From Tubiluchus corallicola (lineage: Eukaryota > Animalia > Priapulida), in contig JAQGDQ010000028.1 in the NCBI GenBank assembly GCA_030141605.1, positions 1-64,000 of the forward strand: DNA of 64,000 nt, written 5' to 3'. The position numbers were made by a program, and so were the translations under genes. The notes beneath the pieces are model-generated. The model saw only the letters and a program-made list of their open reading frames with translations, searched no databases and was not told where the DNA came from. How positions within the stretch are numbered: position 1 is the stretch's first letter; every line of letters starts with the position of its first letter. Shown one piece after another: positions 50,068 through 64,000 of the stretch.

Positions 50068-50462
50068 CAGCTCCTGGATTAAGTCTATGCAGGTGGGTTA
50101 TGGTCTAAATCATATGTCACAAACTGCCAGTAGATACGTTAATTCAATTATGTCGCAAATTACCAGAAGGCCATTTGTAGATAATGATTCGAACAATTCA
50201 TGGGTCTGTAACAAATCGAGGAATACCAAAAAAACATGCGTTGTAGATTTCACTTGTAATTAGTGAACTGGCCAAATTCAAAAGTGTGTAGTCTGTGAAC
50301 CAAATGAAACCATAAAAAATTAGAAACAGGAGCTCCTGGGTTAATTCCATGATGATGGGATGTGGATGAAGTCACAGGTCAAAAGCTGTCAGTGGGTATG
50401 CCAGTTCATTTACGTAACAAATTACCAGAAGGTCATTTGTAGATCAGGATTCGAACCATAAA
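50068..50462. repeat. Two diverged direct repeats of about 130 bp
   Basis: agctcctgg...caaattaccagaagg(c/t)catttgtagat...gattcgaac occurs at about 50069-50195 and about 50331-50457. Confidence 0.8.
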
Positions 50463-53400
50463 CTCCTTCACAGACTAAACGGCAGCCTAGTTGTGAACTG
50501 CTGGGGGTTGGGTTGGGGTAAGGCATTGTATGTGGGATCAAAATGAACGCAATAAAACAGAAACAGATTAACACAGTTCTCGCATGTACTGCTATAAGTG
50601 AACTTATCACAGTAGATGCGTAGCGAAGTGTCAACTAACTCTAATCTAAACTGCTGCAGTTTCTTCCCAACACCGGTACTGTCCTTCACTGATTAACGCC
50701 TTATATTAAGTTTGGCTCATCATCTTCACAATGTCGTGCGAAGATGATTGAGAAATTTTACGCATCTTTTTTCACGCGTGAAGCTTTGTAGTTATGATTC
50801 GCACGCAAAGCAGCGGTCAACAGACTTCTGCTGTTTGCGTAAATCACAATCTGTTACGCCACCATTCAGTCAATGTTATTTGCGCACTGTAATGTCAACA
50901 ATCTCTTCCCGCTATACCTATTGAACAGTATAATTGGATATGAAACGCTGAATAGATAATGCGACGAAGTCGCTAGCTTGCTGAAGCCCGTTCTTACTGT
51001 GTTTAATCCGCACAGAATCAATATGAACCGGTAATCTCCAAGTACTTTCTACTAACTTTCATTTGAAGTTTTTCTTTTGAGAGAGAAATGACAGAGCCCA
51101 AAAAGAACGGATAGGTTACTGTCTGTGTATAACAGTAATACAACAAACACTGGAATAGGAGCGAATTATAAATTGACAAAAAGCTTTCTTGATAGATGTC
51201 TATAACAAATACACTAAAGTTTGCTCGTATATGTTGGCCCGGAAAGGATCTATAATATCTATATTTCCTATTCCTAAAAGAATTTTATTACATACGAAGT
51301 GACGACACGTGTGGGAGTAGTAGTAAATATATATGGGTAGTAATATGTTTCTTGCCTTGAGCGAAATAATAAAAGTTCGTGTGCGCCGTATTTGGTGTTG
51401 CTAGTGCAAACACATAGGCCAGTCACAAACGTTTTATGGTAGTTTTAACCGCCTATCGCTTTGTTAAAACAACGTCCATAACTAGCCGTTATTCGAGCCC
51501 AGATAGAAACAAATCAGTCACTTTAGTAAGCAAACCCACCAATTCATCAAACAATTAGTGAGTCATTCAACTTGCACCAAACAGCTAATAAATCGAACAA
51601 TAAAAGTACGTCAGAAATTTGGTAAATTATCCATGTACAGAAAAAATGGTTAAGGCGTAAAATACAAGTTGAAACATCAAACAAATCAAATAAGTTTATG
51701 TAAAAATTGGTAATATTATCATTGGAAATAAACCTAAAACAGCATACGCATCGTCATATTAATGCAAACGGCAATATTTATACATGACTTAGTGAAAGCA
51801 AGTCCGCCTCAATAACCTAAATGCCACCACCACAAAGCTTTAGCTGCCTAGTCCTAGCTGCAGCATTTCATGGTGCTCTTAGGGTACCATTCAGCAATTT
51901 ATGAATATCTCCTGTTATATGCGTGCGGAAGTGCTGGCGCTAATAGCTTCAGCATATATGGCGCATCAATGTCATGATTAATATCCCTCAGAGGGATAAT
52001 TGATATCCAGCGAGTTTACATAACTTCCTTTACACTTTCAAAAGCTTTTGCATCCTCAAGCTAATCCTGCGAGAGTTTGCGTGCAAGATTGTAAGTGTTT
52101 TGCTTTATGCGTGTCGCGTGCTTGTCAAATTGAAGATAAGTTCAAATAAATTCTAAGTCATTGTGCCGTTGGACGATCGGCTCTTTTAACAGATCGGTCG
52201 ACTTGGAAAAGTGATAAACTGACTATTGAATCTAATTAAAATAGTTATTTAAATCTTCTAGCGGGGAGTTACAGTGCCAAACAAAGCTCATCAATATTCA
52301 CTAAATATTATCAGCAATACAGACTTAAAATTAGCGTCCTAGATCAAAGTTGAGCTGCAAAAGGCAAGACACCTTTTGACCATCACATGCTGCCATTCAG
52401 CATTGATCAAGGACATTGCTTTCTTCACCCTGGGAAAATGCAAGCAGGTAACTTACGCCCTTGCTTAGGTTACTTCAAATTTAGAATTAATTAGTACTGA
52501 CAGTTTCAATACATTCATCACGAGTAACACATTTTAGAACGACCTCAGCAATTAAGGTTCTCTCACAGATCACACTTTTTTATTTATTTGTATGTTATAC
52601 GCAAGATATTGTATAAAATGAAAACGGCGCAAGTTATATGATGAGAAAGAACGCAGATAAGAAGGAAGGCAAACAGGTGAACTTGTAAGAATTTCCAAGA
52701 GCATTAAGTTTCGCCAAACTACATTGAATGTATAATCCAGAAGTTACTACAATAAAAACTAGAACAGTAAAACTAAATAATATGATGTGAAATTGCGACA
52801 GCATATTTGTTATTCTAATATAAAATGTGCACAATAAGTTTTAAATCTACTTTTGTGTGGTTCTAGACGAGTCAGCCTGGATGGCATAAACTTTGTAAAA
52901 CACATTTAAAAGGTGGAACTGCATACTTAAATAGGATCAAAAATATTGAGTGCACCGTGTGTAGGTAGATAGGAGCCGCAACGGACTTCTCTGACAATTC
53001 GCATGCTTTCTTTCCACGAGGATGGCTGTTCGGGTCAAACCCAAGGTTAGAATCGTGTACGTTACTTTATGTTATCTGAAACTATGTAGAAACATCAATG
53101 CAAAGGCAGTATAATAACGGGTCGTATTCTCTACTGCCAATCTTGTTGGTATTGTGGTGTATTGTCCTCTATACCGAAGTGTGGTTTTCCATCAAGAAAA
53201 GAACTATTAATTAAGTGAACAGTAGCCTAATTATTCAACTACATTAGTCTGCAGTATAACTACGTTTAAAGATCGTGTATTTAGTTGGGGGTTGGAGTGG
53301 AGTGGAAAGATTATAGCCTTCTAGCTTCGCCCCCTCAAAACTTAGTTAGTCATTGCACTTGTGACAAATTTCTGGCACGAAATTAAACATCATTACTTAC

Positions 53401-53664
53401 TAATTATTTATCCAGTTGCGCGGATGAAAATAAATTACTTTTTAATGCAGCAGGCAGCATGAACACAGAACACTGATGAGTGTTAATTAAACTATCAGAT
53501 TAATTTATTGTCGCTTGTCTTTGGGCGTAAAATTCTTCTGTCAACAAAGAACTGATAATTACTAGAAGCTATTACTTCAACTAGAGAAATACAATGCTAA
53601 AAATAATAATTAGAACATGAAAATTATGTAGCTATGAATACATATATATTCCACTGCTTGTGCG

Positions 53665-54330
53665 CACAACATCAGTGTTATCCAGTTACGTATGTACACG
53701 TGTGCTATTATTAGTGCACGTAGCATTAGTTTTGTCTAGTTATGCCTGCACGTGTGTACACTGGGAGTGCATTCAGCAGCAGTGTTATCCAGTTACGCAT
53801 GTACATGTGTGCTTTGTAAGTACATGCAGCAGCAGTTTTGTCTAGTTATGCAAGCACCGGCCTAGACTTGGAGTGCATTCAGCTACAGTGTTATTCAGTT
53901 ATGCATGTACATGTGCGTTTTGTAAGTACATGCAGCAGTAGTTTTGTCTAGTTATGCAAGCACTGGCCTAGACTTGGAGTGCATTCAGCTACAGTGTTAT
54001 TCAGTTATGCATGTACATGTGCGCTTTGTAAGTGCAAGCAGCATTAGTCTTGTCTAGTTATGCCTGCACGTGTGTACACTGGGAGTGCATTCAGCAGGAG
54101 TGTTATCGTGTTATGCATGTACATGTGTGCCTCGTAAGTGCATGCAGCAGCAGTGTTATCGTGTTGTGCATGTACATGTGTGCCTCGTAAGTGCATGCAG
54201 CAGCAGTGTTATCGAGTTATGCACGACACCCTGCATCTGTGCACATTATGAGTGCATTCAGCAGTAGTGTTATCTAGTTATGTATGCACCTGTGTACATT
54301 GGGAGCGTGAGTGCATTCAGTCTCAGTGTA
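53665..54330. repeat. Minisatellite array of about 39-bp units with a higher-order period of about 117 bp
   Basis: Repeated gcagcagtgttatccagttatgcatgtacatgtgtg and tgtctagttatgcaagcac...gagtgcattcag variants. Confidence 0.92.
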
Positions 54331-57300
54331 CATTGTGACTGCATTGTATTGTGCATGTAATCCACATGTAGATTTAACTCTGCCAGGGACGTGAAAGGTT
54401 GACATTTGTTATAAAGGACGAGTCGCGAAAGCCACATTACTCTGCGTTTACACATCAATTATTTTGCTTTCAATAATTTTCCACCGTAATTAATAATGTT
54501 ATTAGAAGCGAGCTACTTGTTTCATGGCATTTGCGCACGAAACACTATCGTTAACACAGCAGCATATAGATTGGCCGCAAATCTAAACCATTCACCAGCA
54601 ACATACTTCTGCGATATTTGAGCCCGCAACGTTTAATAGCCAATCAAGCATAAAATCCAATCACGTGACCACAGTACAGTTGATACACAGCTTCGTTTCA
54701 GACTGTTGACGATGGCGACATTGCTGGATTTCGTTTATTATTTTCCACTTGATAACTGCTTCAGGACTGCGCGTTCTCCTGGGTTATTTAATGCCCATAA
54801 ATTTTTATGTTTTTGAGTTAGTGAGACATTTGAGATCCTTCAAGAGCAGTCTTTTCGTCACCAATTTGTATAATTCGATAATAATTGCAAATATTATTGC
54901 AATCGTGCAGAGACACTTGGTTTACACGAAAACCTCAAAGACGCATATTTAGCAGGAAGGGGTTCTCTCAGTTTTTAGCTTCTGAAATTTCTTCATAATA
55001 TAATCAATGCAACATTCACTTACACAGTATGGCCAAATTGTTTCATTGGTAAACATGGTATGTAACCTGTCAGACGAAAGCTCAGCATTTATTAATTCCT
55101 TGCATTTCGTTCATCTTAATTTAGCATAATATTGGACTGAAAAACAATAACAGTGAGCCATAGTTCATTTGATATTATAGGTCACGTGAAGGATAATGAG
55201 CTTTCTATTCATTTTGTAAATATTGCTACTGCATGTATACAGACCTACTTTTTTCTCTCACATGATAGAAACATTTTATCTGTAATAACCACGGTCATAA
55301 ATGTTATATATACTTTCCTCTTTTTTGTTTAATTACTTGCATTTCTCTTTGTATTCAATTCATTTTCTTTTTCTAACTGTACTATCTATGTACAAAATGT
55401 ACTAATTATAAATGGTTTACACATATGAGCTTAAATATAATGTAATAGTACATAAAATAAAAAATATTATGTATGGCAGCGATTCGCATTTCGACTTTAT
55501 TCACATTGTCATTAATTGCTGGAATGTTTATTATTTTACTTCTTGTTATGATTTATATTCTTTTATTTATTGCTTTATTTTGATCATTACATTTACGTAC
55601 ATTAACAAAATTGCAGCCAGTGTCATCACAATTTTCTCTCATATTACAATATTAATTGATAAGGGATGAGTGACCAGATGACCCACGGTCTTTCCTCACC
55701 CCATCTCCTTAGATAAAGAAACGTTTTTTTGCAAAATGGAAATCTATAACACATTATTGGAGAAAACAAACGTCTATGCAACAAACATAGGAAAACATAT
55801 AAGCATATTGTGTTGTAACTAAGCGTAAATAAAGCTCTTTGCCCAGGCTAACTTGGATAGGTAAATGCCAAATGCTGTGTAAAGCTGACTTACTACTATT
55901 TTCAGTCTACCATAAATGAGTGTATTTAATCTGTAATAGTCACTGGGGAATGCATTTACTACACGAAGAATAAGAAAAAACAACATGAAAAATTTCGCCA
56001 TTATTGTAATAATACACATTCAAACATTCCTATTGAACTACAATGTCTCCACCACTGAAACCACCATCAGCAAATCACCTCTTTCTACTTGAATGTCTTG
56101 GCCTAGTTACGAGAACTAATTAGAAGTACAACTAGGTGACTGCGACAATGTTGATTGGATTATGCAGCAATCATTCTGCATGGGAGAACGTTCCTGCCAT
56201 AATCTATGTGAAATTCAAGGTGAGCTGTAGAGAGAATACAGAGTATGCAATAGACTACATTCAATGTGCTTTGAGTTTGTTATACAATATACACACCGCT
56301 CAATCCCATCATTAAAAAAACTAAACAACGGTCACCTGGCCATCGTAACAGGCTCGGTGTATCGGGATTTTGCTGACGTCGCGTATTGAAATGACCATTA
56401 TTCACCAGCCAAAGGACGACCGACTTGCTGAGTTTCTGTCTGGTTCTATGTTCGTCCAGACTTTTTAATGCCTGAAACTTCAAACAGCAGAAAATAGCGC
56501 TTTCCTTTCAACAGATGAATTATCGACCAATCCATTAATATCGTCAACTTTAACTATAGTATACCCAAATTTTGGCTCTAATTTCAAGTAAGCTCTTAAC
56601 TATAGTATTCTAAAGAGGTGTCTGTTAAAAAGTTCCGTTGTTTAGTTTTATTTGAACACCATGCGCTGTAGACGATAATGGAAATGCAACTTTTGCTCAG
56701 AATTTCTACATTTGCCACAAAATTTTACCTACAAGTGATCTGAGGACGATTACTATACTAGCCAATTTAATGCATTTCCGAGTTTATTAGGGCAGTAAGC
56801 GTATCCATCTATCACTCATAATTCACACGTTGTCATTATATTAGAGGAATTGCGTACTCAGTGCACGTACTCGTAATTATCCCTCGCGGAAAGTTGTTTC
56901 GTTCCAAGCCGGACTATTCCGACGGGAAACCATTTCCTAGCAAATTGCGCTGATTACATTGATAATTAGCGACAAGATAAAGCAAAGCATCCAGGACTAA
57001 CAAGAAGGCTGTAAAACTATAAACATTCGTCTTGGGCTACTACGCTTCCACTTCTTATGATAATGATTATTTTAAGTCGAACTCTCTTATCGCTTAGATT
57101 AACTAGACACTTTAACACGGACAATCACAACACCTGATACCATAACAGATCTTTTATTAAGAACGAATTTCAGAGGCGGAAAGTAAATAACCAGTTGAAT
57201 ATTGCCCAACATTCTTTTTTGCGGAGAGAACTTTCCGTTTTGTTTAACAATGCGCATATGCGGATGGAGATGAGGTAAATTTAAAATTCTTGCGACAAAA

Positions 57301-58180
57301 TAAATACCAATTAATATCACAGGCTGCTCACCAATTTAATGGCATAAATTCGGACTTCGGTTCACAACTTAGTCATTCAACCATAAAGCACTAAAAAAAC
57401 ACCTATAAAACGTTGCATGGGATTATAACAGAGACAAGCTTGTTTAGCACAAACATTCTACAAAAATAGCAAAACTATTTTACAGGGTTCGAAGTCCAAA
57501 CCATAAGCCAGTAACGATAAACCATTCAATTTTCTTAGGTGAGAATATTCTGAAACTGTGTAACGTACATATAAGGGCATTGAACGGTTTTGTTACCTAG
57601 GGCGATCTCAAAACTGTGCCCCTGGAAGACTTCCCCTCCTCCTGGAAATTAGGATTTCGTACATCCCGGTTGGTTGTAAAACTGTGAATTCGTCATAATC
57701 TAAATCTATCGCTTTGCAGGGCACAAAAATGTCCCGTAGACTGTGCTTTTTTGTTCACCCTGTTTGTCCTGTACCGCACGGGGATTAATGGGAGAGGGAC
57801 TGGGTGGGAGGGGTGTAACAGCGTGCGCGTTGTAAAGTGGATGTAAAGCACTAGGAAAGTTCCAGAAACGTTTCGCATACACAAGAAACGCACGCAAACC
57901 ACGTAATGACATAACCTATTGCATGCCAAGAATAAAAGCGCCGAAGCCTCATTTATACTGTCCATGTTGTTGGTAGAGATCTCAATATCAACAAACATGA
58001 TTCAAAGAGGCATTCACGTATTTCAAAGCAGATCGTATATCTCCAGCCTAAACGACGTGTTTAAACGCCAGGTGGAGAACTTAGCCATGTGCCGTCTCCT
58101 CTTTCTGCAACCATATTGTTAGCAACACACTGTACATGCAAGTAGTAACGAGTACGTGTTGGCGACTTCAAAAATGAGAA

Positions 58181-58182
<2 letters not shown>

Positions 58183-58220
<38 letters not shown>
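58183..58220. repeat. (CT)n microsatellite, followed by CCT/CCA/CAT low complexity to about 58410
   Basis: Pure CT run. Confidence 0.95.
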
Positions 58221-58223
<3 letters not shown>

Positions 58224-61200
58224 GTTCTAAAAGTTGTTGTCGAAAACGTAAGTTGTCGAACTCTTTACAGTTTTGCTACATTTGACAACTGCTGCTTCCT
58301 CCTCTCATTCCCCTCCTCCTCCTCCTCCCCCTCATTACAATCCTCATCATCGCCGCCACCGCCACCGCCACACCACCACCACGGCCACCATCATCAACAT
58401 CATCACTTCCACACCATCCACTTGTTCTTTGGTACAAGCGGTATGACCGAGAGTTAATTAGGCCAGATGAATATGAGCTACATTGCACGTATGCAGAAGC
58501 CGTTCAGCAAGTGTGACAGAATTCGACGCGTGTGTGCGTGGCACAGCAGCTGCGTCGTCGCTTCTTACAGTAAGTCCTTTACCAAGACAAAATTTGCTTT
58601 CTGCGCCACGTCTGAACATCACATAATGTAACTGTGAATTTGTACAACTGTCACCAACAGGTGAAAAGTGCCTAAGCCTGTCATTTTTGTTAACTAGGTC
58701 AGATTCACTTATTTACAAACAAGACATCGAAGCCAGTTTCTTGTTTGGAGTGGTGGGCTTCACAGCAGACGAGTAGAATTGTTGTATCGCAGTGTGTACG
58801 CGCCATCAGTTCAAACGTTTGTGTAAAATTGCTACTATCTTTACTCTAACAGTCGAAATAAACGACTGTCAGTGTTTTCACGGATTTGTAAAAGCACACT
58901 AACTGTCAAAGGAATTTCTGGTGTCTTCAAGTTTTCAGATACCAAGGCTTTTACACGAGAAAAATTGGCATTCCGAATTTTGATGAAAGCGGAAAAGTGG
59001 TAAACAAAACCCACATTGTCTTGCTGGTGTAAGTGTCACGAGTTCGTAATGATTTCAACTGCAATGCTGACGTTGGTCTCAAATATCTATAAGCGGGTAA
59101 GCAGTCTTGCTGTGAAACTATCAATTGTAATTCCGATTGTCTCATAAAATAATTAGTTTACATGTTTCAGTAAAAAAGATACTGAAAAATACCAATTTTG
59201 TAGCTTTGGATTAATAAGTTATTCAGGTTAACATTTGCGCCCACATTCATAAACATGCCTGCAAATAGCTTTACCGGACCCATTTTTTGCCTTTTTTCAT
59301 AATATATCAATTTTTTGCTTGCAACAGTAATTTTTGCAGCAAACTTTTTCATAATAAGTACAATATGTAGATTTTTCAAGTTTTTTGTTAACAAACTGGA
59401 CATTTTTGCAGCTATCACCAAATACATTCTAAAAATTTATGCACGCAAAATTTAGTTGCGTATTTTTTAGGTTACCGTGCTTTTTGAGTATCCCACTAAT
59501 GACAGACTGTTTAAAAAATTAGGTTACCGTGCTTTTTGGCAACCTATCAATGAAAGGCTGCTGAAAAAAACAAAGTGCCTTTTATTTTTCTGCCAGTATA
59601 GATTCATAAAGGCATTGATGATTATTATTTTCGCTACTGTTTTGTAAATTTAGTAATAGAAGTTGTAGAGAAACTTTAATTTAAGTAGCAGTAACAATGG
59701 TAACATAACATAAGGTATTTATTTGTCAGCGCTTTTCTAAGGGTTAGAGTATACATTGTATTGTGCTTAATTGTAGTATACATGTGTTTTATTTACGTGT
59801 TTTTTATTTCAGCATGTGTTTAGTTGTGACGTTACTTACGATTAAGACCTTTCTCCTTCCATCTTGTAGAATTACATGCGTGCAGTGTGTAAGTACGTGA
59901 GCGAGCGTGCATTTAATAAACGTTTTATTTTTGTGTGTATATCTCTGCACATGATTTCAGCGAATCTAGTGTTAGTCCAGACTCTAGATGTAGTATTACT
60001 CCTTGCAGTGTATAAAAATATGTCAAGCATAATAAACGTAATTAAATATTACGATACGAGGACACGTTTGCTTTCCTGGCAGAATCTCAACTCAACCGAT
60101 TTTGTTTGAAAGACAACGGAGTGTTACACAATGACGTAACAATCCTTTTAAGATTCCTCAATTACAAAAAATAAGCCAAGTTGTAATGTCTAGTAAGTAA
60201 ATTATATGCGAAATAAGTCAACAGTTTGATCTGAGATATATTTAAAATTTCATCCCAGCTATTTCAACAGATAACTTCCGCTAAAAAAACAACCGGAATA
60301 CGAACTAAGAGTGACAGGACAGTTCCGAATAGAGCAACTACTGCAGTCCAATTAGTCAATTCTAATTGACTAATAGGTAATTAACAAACCCACAACAAAA
60401 ATACTGAAATGGACTAAGAAAGTTTATATACCTGTAGGTGCATGGGGAAACCCAACGACCTCCAAATGTCTTTCAGTTCATGGGAGAAGTTCAGATAAAG
60501 CGCTTTCATCCTTTCAAACTAATGAAACCATCGTAACAAGAATTTGAAAATCCGACATACTGGCGAACGGCGATTAGTAAAAGGCTTACCAAGCAACTAG
60601 TGCATTGTGGAAATGATGCAGCGCAATTTGGAACAAATACACTGAAAATTATTGAGCTAATCCTTACAGATGATCCCCTAACACGCCTGCTAATGGCAAC
60701 AACGCTAACTAATATGTAGCCGTCATTTTCGCGAAAATCCTGAATGAAAAATGAAACTTCAAGTTCGTAACCGAATTGTATGGCTAAGCCTGTTAATCCA
60801 CCTTATAATTTACACTACGTGCACGAAAGTACATCTTAGACATTCTAGTTGGAGCACCGAGACTGTGAGTACGCATCGATGTTTCAAGTACAAAATTTAT
60901 AAACGCCAAAGTTTGAGGGCACCCACGAAAGAAAAACATGCACACCGTACACGCAGTGTTCAGTAAAACATCTCACGCCCAGCGTTATAAAAACGCCCAG
61001 ATTAATTGGACTTCACTGGGCCCAACTTGAAGTGCCACACTGCTTTTTCACAACGGATGCTAAACTCATAACCCTCCTAAGTAAAATGTATGTACAAAAG
61101 TGGACAGATTAGTTCCTATATGCTACCTGTAATATAGTCTAGAAAAAAATCCATTTAATTTTCTAAACGAGAAGAAACAAATTAGATAAGTAAATGTTTG

Positions 61201-64000
61201 CTTGTTTGTTTGGGCGCAATATGTAAATTTAGTCATGTGAAGTAATGACACGTAGATTTAAAACAAAAACATTGCTTCTTGCAACTACATTTTTTTTAAG
61301 AATTACTGCTATCGAACATTACTTTGAGGATTTTTGAGACGTCATTTTGGCACATGTGCTACTTTAACTATCAATAAACAACTCATTTAACTTTCCAGCG
61401 AAACCAAACCCACTGCAATTTAATGAAAATCAGAATTTCTGAATTTATTAGCCAAGTTTCAGAAATACTTTATCAGATTACATAAAACGGAATTAATTAT
61501 GCGCACACATGAAATTTTTGACAACCACATTAAAGCAGCGGCAGCCACTTATCATTCCGCCGTAAACAAGTAGTGCGACGGCAAGAAGACATTAGCATTT
61601 ATCAACCAGCTGCCTAGAATTTAGAGCTAATCTAGAATGTCAAATGAAATTGCCCAGACTGTATCGTCCAAGAATGTTCATAAGGTATAATCAGGCCCAG
61701 CTAAATAAGTGAGAAATCGAATTAGCGCTCAGTGCGACCCCTGCCGTCAGATACTAGAGATGTCTGCTGGCGCACCGCGAAAGTGTTTAGATGAAAGATT
61801 ATTAAATTAGTCGCGCAAAAGACCCTGCACCGCGGCCGCGGAATGTAAATTACAACCTTGAAGCGTCTCAAACGGCGAAGCAGTCGTCTCTTCTTCACTT
61901 TTGAAGAGAAGTCAAGTAGCTGTGGCATTAGTGTTTAACAGCTCCTAGGTTCAGTTTGCTGAGCGCTGGCCAAGTTTTGATCAAACAGTAAAATTATGAA
62001 TATATCGCAGAAATTTTCCCAGTGTTTCTTTGCGGAATCGGATGGAATTCCAACTCACAAAGATTTTGCTGCAAGCATACAATCCAACCGACAGAGTTAA
62101 CCGACCACTGGGGCCAAAAATTAAGTAAATGTTAGGTCAGACTAGACTCAACTAAGGGTCCAACGTTCGGTCCAGATGGATTGGTTTGGGTCAAATTGGA
62201 TTAGATTAAGTTTAGTTCGCTCGATTCGGCACTTGTGGATTAGGTTAGTTAGGATGAACACTTATTTGTTTGGGTGGAAATTCGATGATTTCATGCGAGC
62301 TTATTATACTACCCTGATTAGATAAAATTCTACATGAGCATAAGCTGTAAAATTCATATTGTTACGTAATTTTGATTAGGATCATTTCAAACATGGCGAT
62401 ATTAACTTAGAAAGTGACAAAAATAAAGACTGACATTCGCTTTAAGATGCTTTTATTGGCTTAAGCACACGCACTGCATAACGGTATTGTGAATGATGAG
62501 GTTATATACCACATTAACAGCCCATATTATACGAGCAGTTCTAATTTCCCACAACCCGTATGGAAAAAAGTACATTAAAAAACAATATGCTCATAGCTAA
62601 ACCATTTGTATTACTCTCGCACAGCAAGATATGGTTGGTTTATGAACACAAACACGCATGGATCAATCTGAGGTAAAAAAGAAGTAAAAGCTACATTTCA
62701 GACTACCTAACGTCAAAAAGTCTTCAGCCACGTAAAATTCACAGATTTAATGTGACGTAAAAATGTTTTCATAAGGGTGCAAATGAAGCCAGAAATGATT
62801 AATTGTAAATTAAATGTAAAAAACAATCGTCTCTGTGCAATCCACAATTACTCCCACTGAGAGTGACACACAATTTTTGAATTATCATAAATAATTCGAC
62901 CACCATTACATACTTTTGAAAGGCAATTAGAGAAGCAATTTATGAAAATAAATATTTTTGCTAATTGCAATCAAATGAAAAAAATCTTTATTTCAAATGA
63001 TAATAAAACTTGATTTAGAACTTAAATATATATTCTTGGGAAGACCAAAAACGCTAAGCACTACAGATTTCAGACAGTCGTTGGCAACTTGTAATATTAA
63101 CAAAGCTTACCAAACGCCACCCGATCATCTTATTAACGTGAGCACGTTTATCAAATCTCAGTAATTGGACAGCCCCAACTGTTCGATTAGTTTGAAGCAG
63201 CATTTTTGCATTAACTGTTAATTCATGACATGCTTCTGTATATTGGCATTTCATTTGATATCATATACTACGTAACTACCTTATTTACAGAACACTTTGA
63301 ATGAAATTCCCCACCCAATATTTAAAATTCCTTCCTTTTGAGTCCAGTGCCTCCCGTTTGAGATTCACTATTCAAAAGTAACAATTTTTTGTTTCCACTC
63401 TTGTTCGTTCTCTGTTAACCCACTTCCAGGACGTCGGTTTCAGGAAGAAGCGCCCAGCAGAACGTGTCACAATTTCCTCTAATTTCTAAACGCGCAAATT
63501 CCAAAGTGCTTCATGGCGGGAGATGCGCTATTTAGAAAAGTCGCAATCAAGCACAAGGTGCATATCGATTGCAATGGTTTTTCTAAATACCCAAGCATTA
63601 GTTGAAAGCTTTCACTGAGTATCGACACTTAGTTTCCGGCTTTACTTCCGCCTCCCAGCACCCGACTAAAAGCGTCACATGCGTTGCCTCGCGTCATACC
63701 GAAGAACATCAATATCTCATTGTCAGCTTTCTAAAGATTTCGTGCCATTTCGATGATTTACAAGCCAGAACGAATTTAAAATGCGAATTTAAGCCAGGAA
63801 GGTGCAGAATTATAGCCGTGAATAAAAGCTGAGCTGTAATTCTTTACTCGATGAAGCGGATGGCATTGTTCCCAACAGCTTTCAAGCACAATGATGAATG
63901 AATCTGCGACAAAATCTAATGAAGAAATATAATCCGCATTTAAAAATGAGAAAGGCAGTAGAATCACGCCACGATACTTTGAGAAAAAGTAGTTTTTACA

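Noticed and set aside
53665-54330. CRISPR-like regular repeats
   Set aside because: The units are contiguous with no unique spacers, there are no cas genes, and the context is eukaryotic.

Overview
AT-rich, intron-rich eukaryotic (metazoan, probably invertebrate) genomic DNA. It is not prokaryotic, and no CRISPR array, rRNA or intact tRNA was seen. The main feature is a minus-strand multi-exon gene for the golgin TRIP11/GMAP-210. Sixteen GT-AG exons from 44712 down to the stop at 18218 join in consistent phase (about 1640 aa: long coiled coil, one 2.7-kb exon, C-terminal GRAB/GA1 region). The canonical ALPS-type N-terminus was not found in the window, but a candidate alternative ATG exon lies at 47659-47770. 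TRIP11 introns host an antisense exon encoding a divergent discoidin/F5-8C-like domain, an apparently orphan antisense terminal exon of an SLC13 transporter, and an internally deleted duplicate of the GRAB exon that forms a candidate micro-exon. To the left are one or two small plus-strand membrane-protein genes. The rest is hAT, Harbinger, piggyBac-like and Tc1/mariner elements, LINE remnants and simple or tandem repeats. All calls come from reading the sequence; no database searches were run.
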